A DNA stretch of 64,000 nucleotides from Podarcis melisellensis (lineage: Eukaryota): assembly GCA_964234715.1 (NCBI GenBank), contig OZ174280.1; one strand, given 5' to 3'. The position numbers and the translations under genes were made by a program. The notes under the pieces were generated by a model, which saw only the letters and a list, made by a program, of their open reading frames with translations, made no database searches and had not been told where the DNA came from. Below are positions 53,601-64,000 of the stretch, in pieces; within the stretch, counting starts at the first letter, position 1; each line of letters opens with the position of its first letter.

Positions 53601-56304
53601 TCTGGTCTAGATGTGCAAAAACTGCTATTCAGAAAAATAATAGACATGGTGTCTTTCTCCCAAGCATTTTGAATGGACACAATAGAGGCCCTGCCTCACC
53701 AACCTCAATCTGCCTTCAGCCAGCAGTTGCCTGCCTTTCTTCCTAGTTACAACCAGGCCTGGGATGGCACTACCTGTCAGCTTCTTCCTCCTTAAATTCG
53801 GTGTTGTCCTTGTAGAACTCAGCAGGGAGGAGAACTAGAATGTATAGAACTAGAATTAATTGGCTCTGTGTTCCATTGGCTGTCTTTGCAATAGTCATTG
53901 GCTCTGGCTCCACCTACTGTTGATCTCCTGCCTTATGCCCTACTAGTGTCAATGGACACCAGCCACCACAGCTTCATTTGAATCCTTCCACCAACCACAC
54001 ACTTAACTGAATAACTGTGACCCAGTATCAACCTCATGTTTGGTGAATTCTAAGTTTAGGACACCATTCAGCCACCTCTTAACCACAAAATTCAACCACC
54101 TCTTACCTTGATTGGGAAATATGTGTTTTTCTTCCTTTGTAAACATTCCTATTAGACAGTCACTGGCTTGCTCATGCTCAAAAATGGTCAGTTTCCTCCC
54201 TTTGTAACTGCCCCCTCCCCAGCCTGGAGAAGGGATTTATTTGACATCACATTGTTTGTTTACTTTGCAAAGTGATCGATAAAACATTAAGTGGAGAGAA
54301 GCAAAGACTCAGCACTTTCACTAGTAATTAATTGAACAATGAAGCATTCTCAACATAGGTTTCTGCAGTGAGAAAGGCATATCCATGGGAAGAAACAAAC
54401 TGAGTTTTACACCTGCCTTTAATTTGACTAAAACGGAACTGAAATGGCTGGTGTTTGCGACATTTCCATTACCTACAGAGCTTTGGTTTTTGTTTTGTTT
54501 TTTACATTGGATGCTGGCCCATCTATTTTCTCCTATCTAGTACACAGGAGACAACCATGATCCTAATTGGGCCATTAGGAGAGGTGTTGAAATGTTGCTA
54601 ATTGTCAAAGGCAATTAAGTGTAGCAACATGTCACAGGTAAATTAACGAGACTCCAGGTGTTATGAGCAAGTTGCATTCATTTTGGTAGAAAACAAACAC
54701 TGTCTCATCTGCATATTACCCATCATTTTCTTTCTGTCCATTTCACAGAAAATTGCACAGCAGGCCTGGAAATGCAGGCTTTTTTTAAGCAACATGGCCT
54801 TAAAATATGTTATTTGGGGTTTTCCATTAAAGGACAAATGTCCTCATATTACATTCATTTCAGAAGTTAGCTTCATGAGTGGTGTCATGGTTTGACATTC
54901 CTCAGATGTTCTGTCAAGAACACCCGTGATCTTTCAGTTTAGTTTGATCAAAATCTGGTGACAGCCTAAGGACAGTCCTGAGAAATCTTGCATGTCCATG
55001 GGAAAATGTTTGGATTTTTTGCAATTCCTTAGATACTATGTTTTTAAAACTTCCCTTGGAACTCTATATTGGAGAATGGTATAGAAATTCCTCAAATAAT
55101 TCCGTAAGATAAAAATATTTTACCCAAGGAGGAATCTCCACAGCCAACTAACTAACATCCAGGTCTACTCAGCTTCTGGATAACACTGCAAGTAAAGACT
55201 CAACATTGACATTTTCAGCTTTAAAGATATTCCCTTGTTATTCCCATACTACATGCTAGCCTTTCAACGAGTATCTCCTGCTTCAATATTTAAACATCCC
55301 TGAAAACATTCCCATGCCACCAGGCTTACGTAGGCAATGAAGAAAATATATTTCCTTAGTGGTTAGTAGATGGTCTTTGATTTTAAATTTTAACATATTT
55401 TTTAAAGTTTGTTGTTATATTTTATTATATATTATATAGGCATTGTGGTAAACCCCTTTGATATTTTTATGATATAGCAGTATATAAATATGTTTTTATA
55501 AATAAATAATCAGGTAGAAGTATGAGTATGCACTTGTGGGCAAGGCATGAACCTGTCAAGTTCAGACCCTAAGCTTACAAATCAAGTAAGAAGATGCATA
55601 TATTCACAAACTGCCTGAGATCTATGCCCTTTCAATATGTGCCTCTTTTGGAAAAAGAACACAGTGGATACAACTGAAAATGGTTATCAATGTTTCCCTG
55701 TGTGGGCTAACAAATACCCATCAAATCAGGGCATCAAATCAGCTTGGGGCACTGTGCTCTCTCACACATTTTGGGGGCTCTGTGATATCATGCAAGGTCA
55801 CATCTCACATGGTTTTGTCCAAAAAATGTACATTTTGAGGCTCCGCAATGTCACATGGGTCACGTGACTCATGAAGGAGTGGGGTCATGTCCTGGATTCT
55901 AAGGTAAAAATGTTGGAGGGTATGCTACCAGAGTGTCTGAGAGGAGAAGGAGAGACCAGATCTTTTTCTTTCCTTCCATCATGCAGTTTCTGCTACTCTG
56001 GTAGGCAAGTTTTATAAAGGGAAAAGGGGGTGGAAGTTGGAAGTGCAAATATGTGTATGAGAGAGCATGTTTGAGGACTGGGCAGACCAGATTTTCTTTG
56101 AAATAAGCATTAGGGTCATCTAAAGCTGTATGTGAGTCCAGCAAGCACTGCTGGCATCTCTATAAATAGTCTACAAAAGGAGATCCAATTTCACTGGGGC
56201 CTTACCTTGTTCCTTACAGATAGGTAGCCGTGTTGGTCTGCCATAGTCAAAACAAAAAAAATTCCTTCCAGTAGCACCTTAAAGACCAACTAAGTTAGTT
56301 CTTG

Positions 56305-56342
56305 GTATGAGCTTTCGTGTGCATGCACACTTCTTCAGATAC
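56305..56342 (-). ncRNA. minimal hammerhead ribozyme motif (left arm)
   Basis: Identical to the motif at 47321-47358. Confidence 0.75.
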
Positions 56343-56347
56343 ACTGT

Positions 56348-56385
56348 GTATCTGAAGAAGTGTGCATGCACATGAAAGCTCATAC
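56348..56385 (+). ncRNA. minimal hammerhead ribozyme motif (right arm)
   Basis: GTAT CTGAAGA A GTGTGCATGCACAT GAAA GC TC ATAC; a C-to-T change makes the base of stem II a G-U pair. Confidence 0.65.
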
Positions 56386-57279
56386 CAAGAACTAACTTAG
56401 TTGGTCTTTAAGGTGCTACTGGAAGGAATTTTTTTTGTTTTGACTTGTTCCTTACGTAATTATTACTCTAGTATAGGGATCAACAACTGGAAGCTCTGTG
56501 GTTCCATAGGAAAACCTGGTATCAATCCGAGATACCAGGCTACAGATAAAAGGGTGTTGTGGATGTTAGCTACAGGTCTTGTCAACAGCCCACTTTGAAA
56601 CGGGGAATGGAAGTTGGCGATCCACAGCTTTATCAGTATCCCACTAGTGGCTACCAAAAATCTAAGTTGTTGACCAGGCCTCTCCCCCATGTATGTCATG
56701 AATAGAATCTTGATCTGTTAGGGTCCAGCCTAAGATTTAATTCAACAGAGCTTATAGTCAATAAACATTTGCTTTTGGAGTCGTACCGAGTAGCTGCTTA
56801 TCATCAGAGGAGTAAATGAATATGTCACCATTTTGGCTATGTTGCATAAACACTGAGAGAGATTTATATCAACCAGGTTCTCTGGCAGCAATAAAAGAAC
56901 TTACTCTTTGAAACTGCCTGGATTTAATGCAAAGTATAGTCTGCTATCCAGTAGGACACATATTTCAGAGAGCTGGTCTTTAGATCTTTGGGTTATTTCT
57001 CATAATGCCTTTTAAATAAATAGGTGGATGTTCCTCATCTATGCTGACATCAGAAGACACATGAAAAAGTAGACCATAAATCACTATATACATCTATCTT
57101 TGCAAGCGTGGAGTGACATCTGCTTCTATGCACTCACTTCCATACTGCTCCAGGAATGCTGGCATTGGAAGTAATGCCTCCCCAAGTCAAGTAATACTGG
57201 AGTAGCCTTGAAACTAGAGCTGTGTAATAATGGCCTTCTCTGCCTTATTTGTGGGCAGAAAAAATGAGAAGGCCACTTA

Positions 57280-57375
57280 AGCTGTTCTGCTCAGGACCTG
57301 CTTGGGGGCTTCCCATAGACATTCAGATTTCCTGACTAGATGGGCCTTTGACTTGATCCAACAGGCTCTTCTATT
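57280..57375 (+). mobile_element. CR1 3' tail fragment
   Basis: GACTAGATGGGCCTTTGACTTGATCCAACAGGCTCTTCT. Confidence 0.6.
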
Positions 57376-57385
57376 TTTTTATATA

Positions 57386-57626
57386 CAGTGGTACCTTGGT
57401 TTACAAACTTTACCCGTTCTGGAAGTCCGTTCTTAAACTGAAACCGTTCTTAAACCGAGGTGCGCTTTCCCTAATGAGGCCTTCCGATGCCAGTGCCCTT
57501 CCACCATTTGGATTCCATTCTTAGACCAAGGTAAAGTTCGCAAACCGGGACACTGTTTCCGGTTTTGCGGAGTTCATAAACCGAATTGTTCGTAAACAGG
57601 ACTATTCTTAAACCGAGAAACCACTG
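57386..57626. mobile_element. Tc1/mariner (Tigger/pogo-like) MITE
   Basis: TIRs CAGTGGTACCTTGGTTTA / TAAACCGAGAAACCACTG; TA TSD; internal CGTTCTTAAACCG-type repeats. Confidence 0.85.
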
Positions 57627-57843
57627 TATTGTTTCATAGCTTTATTTATTGACATTGTGGTTACTTGAACCTGTTCTTAGTTAAGGTGGTTTTTTTTTAA
57701 AAAAAAAAACACAACCCCAACATGTTTATATATATTGTTGTTTGCTTGATCTGTTGTAAGCCACTTTGAGCAGAATTTTGTGGAAAAGTAGTATAGCAAT
57801 AAACAAATGGTGATGTGTAATTCCATGCTTCCATTCCCAGACA

Positions 57844-57974
57844 NNNNNNNNNNNNNNNNNNNNNNNNNNNNNNNNNNNNNNNNNNNNNNNNNNNNNNNNN
57901 NNNNNNNNNNNNNNNNNNNNNNNNNNNNNNNNNNNNNNNNNNNNNNNNNNNNNNNNNNNNNNNNNNNNNNNNNN
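57844..57974. other. assembly gap, 131 N
   Basis: Run of N. Confidence 1.
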
Positions 57975-59115
57975 TAGGAAATTACAGTGGCAGGCCACAT
58001 GTTCTGCATGCCAGCATTTCCAACTTCAATCCTTAGTATCTGTTGCCAGTTAAATAGGATCTTGACTAGGGTGTTCTGCAGTAAACTCTGCCTGAGACTC
58101 CATTCAGAGTAGAGAATAGTGGGTCTGGTATAGGGTATGGCAATTTCTTATGCCCATATTTCTAACTAATGTTTGAACTAAGGAGGATGGGAGAAGCCGC
58201 ACAAGAATTATGTATGTTTGTTCTTTCTTGGAGCACAACCCAAGGCAAAGGGCATCTGAGAGATGCATCAGAGTCTTTGAAGCAGTGCTCACCATTCAGA
58301 GACATTCCCAGATAGAATAATATAGCTCCAGTTCTATTTTGAGGCAGGCAGGCAAGCAGGCAGTCATTCATTTGTATGGGCCTTTCTCCCCCTGCTCTCT
58401 CTTTCACAAGGCTCTTAATGAGACAGGCAAACAGCTGCTCCAAGTCTCTGTGAGTGTGAAGAGACAGGAAGCTACATCATAAACACCACTGCAATTTCTG
58501 TGTTGTGTTTTGTTAATGGCACTTTTCATCTTGTTTCCCCCTCCAATCTCATCCTATTTTCTGTCATTCGCTTTCCCTTTGATCATGGTGTTTCATACAT
58601 TGCTGCTTTCCATTGGAGGGCTAGAAGGCAACATTCCCCCTCTTCATCCTGTATAACTCGAAGCATAGCAGCCTTTGTCTGCAGTACTGGGTCACATGCC
58701 CCCCTCTTGTGAAGTGTGTACCATTAAAGCTGCATTTCTGACCCAGCAGCTCGATGCCATGGAGCAGCTATGTTCATTCTGGAGTAAATGAAGCTCACTT
58801 GCAGTGATAGGGTGGGCACATTTGTCACTATTCATGAAGGCTTTGTAAGGAAAGAACTGAAGCAATCTGCAGTTCTCTCTGTCTCTCTGGCATCCTATAG
58901 CAGGGATGAGGCCAAAAAATGTTTGTCGTGGAAGTATAAACATGTGTCCTGCATTGGACTGCAAAATTGATCCAGTCCTCAAGCTCTGAACCTGGCTAAG
59001 AAACAGTTGCTAGCGGAAGCAGAGTTGCCTCACTTATATTTGCTGCCTGAGGTGAAAGACAAGATGGCGTCCACATTCCACTTACAGAACCTGACTGGAC
59101 TGCAGTATAATCTTA

Positions 59116-59191
59116 GGTCACAACCACACCATACATTTTAAACACTATTAGACCACTTTAAGTGCTTTAAATGCATGGCCTGGATGCGACC
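59116..59191. mobile_element. short PIF/Harbinger-like MITE
   Basis: Inverted ends GGTCACAACCA / TGGATGCGACC, internal CATTTAAA / TTTAAATG symmetry, TTA on both sides. Confidence 0.5.
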
Positions 59192-59929
59192 TTAGTTCAG
59201 CACCAGTGATAGGACAGCATATTTCATTGCACCTGAAGGAAAGCTAGCTGCGAACGTGCAAGGCAGGCCATTTCACACACACATCTTTGTCTTCTAGCAC
59301 CTTGCTATTGCTTTCTGCCCTCAGTAACTGTTGCCTGAGGCAGCTGCCTCATTTTGCCTTATAGTAGGGCTCGTCCTGTCACTAAGAGGCAGTTCCATAT
59401 TGTTGCCCATGGAAATGGTATGCATATGGAAGTGTATGATTTGCACAGAAGACATTCTGATGCACCCCATATGGATCAGATCAGTTCCACTCATACGTTT
59501 GCATAATTGCATCTTTGTGGTAACCCCTCCGCCCATAGCTGTCAACGTTTTTAAGGGAAATTCCCTTATTCCGAATAGGATTCCTTGCAATAAAAAGGAA
59601 AAGTTGACAGCTATGCCTCTGCCCATGCCAGTTAAACTCAAAATATTCTTCAAACATAGCATTCCAGAGAAAGTTTGTTGTACAGGCTGGCCAACAACAG
59701 TCATTTATCTAGCAACTACTTTGCTACATCTTGTATCAGCCTTGGTTGTTTCTTTCTCCTCTTCCAGTCTAAATTACTTAAGAATCATCCAGAGAAAAGC
59801 CTCATCACATGGAGCTATAATTAGCACCCTTTGTGTTTTCTCTGTTCTTGATGTGATAGATCCTGTCCCTGTAAAGAGAGTGGAGATTGTGCATATTTGG
59901 GGGATGGCAACGGTGAACTCTAATTGTAT

Positions 59930-60290
59930 ATTATTAAAATAATATGATTTCCCCCTTTTATATAAGCTGCAGGCAATGCACTGTGTTTCCTCGAAATTTG
60001 GCACAGCTGGCCTTGATGGGAGCTGCAAAGGGTCTCCTGCAGGTGCTGCCACATAATCTTTTGACACATAGTGTCAGTAATTAAGTGTATAATTAAGAGA
60101 ATGTCTGCAATTAATTCAATCAGTCTGTCAATCAAACACACATTTCTAAGGGGCCTTTCATCCTAGCCTGCTTGGGAGCACTGCATAAAGCGAAATGCCA
60201 AGCATAATGTAACATTTTATTTAAGTTTTTAAATCAAAGGAGCTCTAATCAGTTCATCGTGGGCAAATGAATGTGATCTGAGCATTTGTA
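59930..60290. promoter_or_regulatory. candidate conserved non-coding element
   Basis: Clustered TAATTA cores, TGACAC..GTGTCA palindrome and TGTCAATCA (PBX/TALE-like); no repeat recognised. Confidence 0.35.
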
Positions 60291-60785
60291 GGAGTAACAC
60301 AGAACAGATCTGAGAAGAGTTTTAGGAATTATAATTTAGAAGAAGGCGAACTGTATCACTGACATTAAAGCCTGATGTTGTTCCCTTGAGACTGTCTGGG
60401 GTTGACCTCTCTATACAGTTGTTCACTTTCTTCCATTAATTATTCTATGACACACATCACTTGCCATAAGTACTGCATATCATTTGTATATCTGTTTCTA
60501 GTGAAAGGACTCAAAACTGCTCAGAAGATCAGCATCAACAAAGTGTCATTTGAAAGTATATGGCATTTGGGAATACATATGTGGATTAATTTAATGATAA
60601 TTACTCATGGACCTTGAAATTCTATTCTTCACATCTTCCCAGCTTACCTTACCATTGGTGTTGAAGTAGAATGCCTTCTCCCCTTCATGAGTAGCAAATT
60701 TGAGGGACAAAAGAGCTTTTGCATATGATTTAAATAAATTGGAAGTCTCACATTGGAGAAAATTGTCTGTCAGATACAGAATGAA

Positions 60786-61375
60786 GGGAGCTGCCATATA
60801 ACAAGTCAAACTATTGCTCCATCTAACACAATGCTGTTTACAGTGACTGGATGCAGCACCCCAGAGTTTCAGGCAGGAGTCTCTTCCAGCTCTTCCTGGA
60901 GATGCCAGGGATTGAACTTTGAAACTTTTGCATGCAAGGCAGATGCTTTACAACAGAACTGGTAAAGGGGAGAGGGTTGCACTGTGGTCTAAACCAGTGA
61001 GCCTCTTGGGCTGGCTGATCAGAAGGTTGGCAGTTCAAATCCGCGCGATGGGGTGAGATCTTGTTGCTCTGTCCCAGCTCTTGCCAACCTAGCAGTTTGA
61101 AAGCATGCCAATGCAAGTAGATAAATAGGTACCGCTGTGGTAGGAAGGTAAATTGTGTTTCCGTGTGCTCTGGCACCCATCATGGTGTCCTGTTGCACCA
61201 GAAGCAGTTTAGTCATGCTGGCCACATGACTCAAAATGCTGTTTGTGGACAAACACAGGCTCCCTTCGGCCTGAAGTGAAATGAGCACCGCACCCCATAT
61301 TCGCATTTGACTGGACTTAGCCATTCAGTGGTCCTTTACCTTTACCTTTTTTACCACTGAGCCACAACCCCTCCC
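60786..61375 (-). mobile_element. tRNA-derived SINE (Squam2-like) split by the Sauria SINE
   Basis: Minus-strand head GGGAGGGGTTGTGGCTCAGTGGTAA (61351-61375) continues as AGCATCTGCCTTGCATGCAAAAGTTTCAAAGTTCAATCCCTGGCATCTCCAGG below 60950. Confidence 0.75.
60968..61350 (+). mobile_element. Sauria SINE (Squam1), full length
   Basis: tRNA-like head with CAGTTCAAATCC B box, conserved AGTAGATAAATAGGTACC core and (ACCTTT)n tail. Confidence 0.9.
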
Positions 61376-61404
61376 ATCAAAACCTAGTTGTGTAAAGTTC
61401 AGCT

Positions 61405-61512
61405 ATGGCTTTGTAGGTCATAATTAGCACTTTGAATTGGGCCCAGATAGAAATAGGGAGCCAATGCAGTTGTTTCAGCAATGGGGTGATATGCTTCTGA
61501 TACCTTTTCTGG
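61405..61512 (-). mobile_element. L2 ORF2 fragment
   Basis: ORF track reads HITPLLKQLHWLPISIWAQFKVLIMTYKA, the canonical L2 C-terminal motif. Confidence 0.85.
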
Positions 61513-61705
61513 GCCATCAGAAAACCATTGGATCCATTAATCTCTTGGGGCAGAACATTCAAATTCTGGAGGTTGAAGAATCTGGGAAGTCTAAGCCACA
61601 GGTGAGCAGCCTGTGGCCCTGATCTCATTTCATTTGGTCCCTGGTGCCTCCTAAAGTTGCCCCCATTCTTCGGTTCTTGCCTAGGATAAGGCATTCTAAT
61701 CTGAG

Positions 61706-61719
61706 GTCACCATGGCAAC
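61706..61719. promoter_or_regulatory. RFX X-box-like motif
   Basis: GTCACCATGGCAAC matches GTNRCCATGGYAAC; motif match only. Confidence 0.3.
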
Positions 61720-62147
61720 TGTGGGTTTCATTTTCAAAGAAGTCATGGGATGAATATTTTATTAGTATATTGAGGGCAGATTTTCTTTCTTTCTTTAACT
61801 GATTTGGCATTCAGTAGCAGAATGTTCAAACCCTGGGAGTTGTCACTAGTGTAATCAAGGACCCATTGGTTGAGAGATGATCAAGAAGGCAAGCTGACCC
61901 AGACATGGTTAGAAATGACCTGACCATTGTCCACCACATCTCCCACTGCACACTGCTCTTTCAATCTACTCTCTTTTGTGTGCTGCATTGTAATATTATA
62001 TGTCAGCAATGTGTCAAGTCACTTATAATGAATGCTTGCCACACTGTTAGAAGTTTGTTGACAGGCATTGGTGCTGTGATGGCGAAGCAGCACCAATTAG
62101 AGTTTCTCTGCTCATTTCAATGAAGAGAATATCAGCATATGCTAAAG

Positions 62148-62261
62148 CAGAGGTAGTCAACATGATACCTTCCAGATATGGACTACAACTCCCATCAGCC
62201 CCAATCATCATTGGTTAGGAATGATGGAGCTATAGTCCACAACACCTAGAGACTACCCCTG
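62148..62261. mobile_element. short palindromic hAT-like MITE
   Basis: CAGAGGTAGTC / GACTACCCCTG ends; GGACTACAACTCCCATCA / TGATGGAGCTATAGTCC inner arms. Confidence 0.7.
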
Positions 62262-62376
62262 CACAAAATGAAGTATGACTAGATCAGATCCATTCCTTGA
62301 CATTAACTTGGCTTGCACAAGTGGTCTACACATGCACATACACAGGATCTAATGGCTGAAGAACAATGCTGCATTG

Positions 62377-62521
62377 CAGTGGCATAGCGTGGGTTGTCAG
62401 CACCCGGGGCAAGGCAAGTAATTTGCGCCCCTAACCTGTGGATTTGTGCCCCCTAACCCTAACCCCCAGATGTTGCGCCCGGTGCGGCCGCCCCCCCCTG
62501 CACCCCCATGCTACGCCACTG
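62377..62521. mobile_element. young GC-rich hAT MITE
   Basis: TIRs CAGTGGCATAGCGTGGG / CCCATGCTACGCCACTG; perfect 8-bp TSD CTGCATTG at 62369-62376 and 62522-62529; TTGCGCCC subterminal repeats. Confidence 0.9.
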
Positions 62522-63617
62522 CTGCATTGTAATCTTTATCATAATCATCCTTATCAGCAATTATAACTGCGGAAGGAAAAGTAGTAGTTAGTAAGAGCTC
62601 AACTATAATGATTCTCTGTTCTGGTAAATCAAAAGCACTTAAAATAGATGAAAGGGCAACATGAATAAAGTCACAATTTCTTGTGTAATCCCTAATCCTG
62701 ACACTGTGTGACCTTCTGTGAAAGGATTCTGTCTTTTCAAAAGTCTGTCATGCTTCTGTTTGTATGGGTAATGCTCACTCTGTGAAGTTAGATCTAAGAA
62801 TGCTAGCAGTTGTCAAGCTTTCAAAAAAAGACAAGTGAGCTCAGCCAGTTACTAGTATCAAGTGCCCCTTAGGCTGTAGTGACAAATTTTGTTTAGCACT
62901 GGAGACTTCTGAATAGCACTAAACAACAGCAGTTAGGACTGGTGTCAGATTTCACTTTCTGTAATTCTAATGTTTGCTATTGCCTTAATGAAAACAAATG
63001 AAGTATCACTGGTTAAGCTGCAATTGCCAGTGTGTGCATTCCTTAGCAAAGGAGGGACCTCACCACCACCTTGTCTCATTCCCTCCCTGTTCTGGATGGA
63101 AATACCAATATGCATAAATAGCTCAAAGGCAAACGACTGAATTCAAATGTCTGAAATTCCTCATCTTCCTTCTGAATCACAGTGAAACATACATGTTTTG
63201 CTCTCAATTTCATTGGGTCTAACCCTTCCTAGGCTGCCCATGTCACCTTCCTGAAAGTAGCTTATTGGTGTCAATTATTCTACAGAAACATATATGATCT
63301 CCCAGGAATAGTTTTAATCTGCATATTTTCTTAGGGGCCAAACTTGATAAGACCCTTCAGTCTTAATCTGAATCTGACCCCTTGCATCTGCTATTTGCCT
63401 TGGAAGAATGGACATGAGCAGATCTTCCAATGCAAATAGCAGGCACAGGGGCTGGATCTGGATTCCATCTCCCCCCTGCCCAGTGTCTTCTACTGACATT
63501 TTAAAGGCTATTCATGTAATTGTTACTTCTGTGGATGGTGTCTCATCTAGTCTGGCTCTAAATCAGAGATGGCTAATCTGTGGAAAACCTCCAGATGTTG
63601 TTGGACTACATCTTTGA

Positions 63618-63751
63618 ACTTCAGGTAGGTAGCAGTGTTGGTCTGGCGCAGTATCTGAAGAAGTGTGCATGCACACGAAAGCTTAGACCCAGAACAAACT
63701 TAGTTGGTCTCTACAGTGATGCTGGACAATTTTTAATTTTTTTAAATTTGT
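63618..63751 (+). mobile_element. short Penelope-like fragment (inverted pLTR end plus forward pLTR)
   Basis: 11-bp TSD TACATCTTTGA at 63607-63617 and 63752-63762; begins with AGGTAGGTAGCAGTGTTGGTCTG as at 56218. Confidence 0.85.
63651..63688 (+). ncRNA. minimal hammerhead ribozyme motif, degenerate
   Basis: GTAT CTGAAGA A GTGTGCATGCACAC GAAA GC TT AGAC; core intact, one mismatch in stem I. Confidence 0.55.
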
Positions 63752-64000
63752 TACATCTTTGACCGTTGGCCATTTTGTCTGGGGCTGATGGGAGCTGAAG
63801 TTCAGTAACATCTGGTGGACCGGAGGTTAGTCACCTGTGACCTAAGCAATATCTACACAGAGGTTAAGAAAATAACTCCATCCAAGAAAGAGCTCTCCTA
63901 TTTTCTGAATAGCAGATACCTTAAGACTCCATGGGGCAGTAGATAAAGTGTCTGCAATCCCACTCCTTCCCTTTGAGCCCCAGAGAAGGTACTGTGGAGC

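Larger units (their letters stand above)
56218..56443. mobile_element. Penelope-like element fragment in inverted-repeat configuration
   Basis: 12-bp TSD CTTGTTCCTTAC at 56206-56217 and 56444-56455; 100-bp arms at 56245-56344 and 56346-56445 with a 1-nt loop and 1 mismatch. Confidence 0.9.
63564..63837. mobile_element. short palindromic hAT-like MITE hosting the Penelope insertion
   Basis: CCTCCAGATGTTGTTGGACTACA left arm and GCTGATGGGAGCTGAAGTTCAGTAACATCTGG right arm either side of the insert. Confidence 0.65.

Noticed and set aside
57677-58009. ORFs spanning an X run
   Set aside because: Artefact of the N gap
59331-59942. Longest ORF in the track (203 aa)
   Set aside because: Non-ATG start, no recognisable domain, composition typical of random AT-rich DNA, and it begins in repeat-like sequence
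60900-61375. tRNA-like sequences here and at 41440-41518
   Set aside because: They are SINE heads attached to SINE bodies, not complete cloverleaf tRNA genes

Overview
This is non-coding vertebrate DNA, almost certainly squamate and probably a lacertid lizard. That is inferred from a Sauria/Squam1 SINE, a Squam3-type SINE, BovB, L2/CR1 tails and Penelope fragments. I found no credible host protein-coding exon, so the window reads as a large intron or gene desert, with one 131-N assembly gap. It contains many transposon relics, often nested, separated by repeat-free, CpG-retaining, homeobox-motif-rich blocks that look like conserved enhancers (strongest near 48.4-49.7 kb and 17.4-18.1 kb). Highlights: (1) three short Penelope-like insertions, each with its own target-site duplication, carry four minimal hammerhead ribozyme motifs, and one insertion is a near-perfect 201-bp palindrome; (2) two ~860-bp copies of a DIRS/Ngaro-like non-coding element whose predicted end-to-end junction (GCAATGAC) recurs internally; (3) a solo LTR with an intact 130-codon ORF ending in an HMGN-like RRSARL motif; (4) a BovB copy with a 334-bp internal deletion between short homologies. 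Family names come from recalled consensus features, not database searches. Boundaries of old repeats are approximate.
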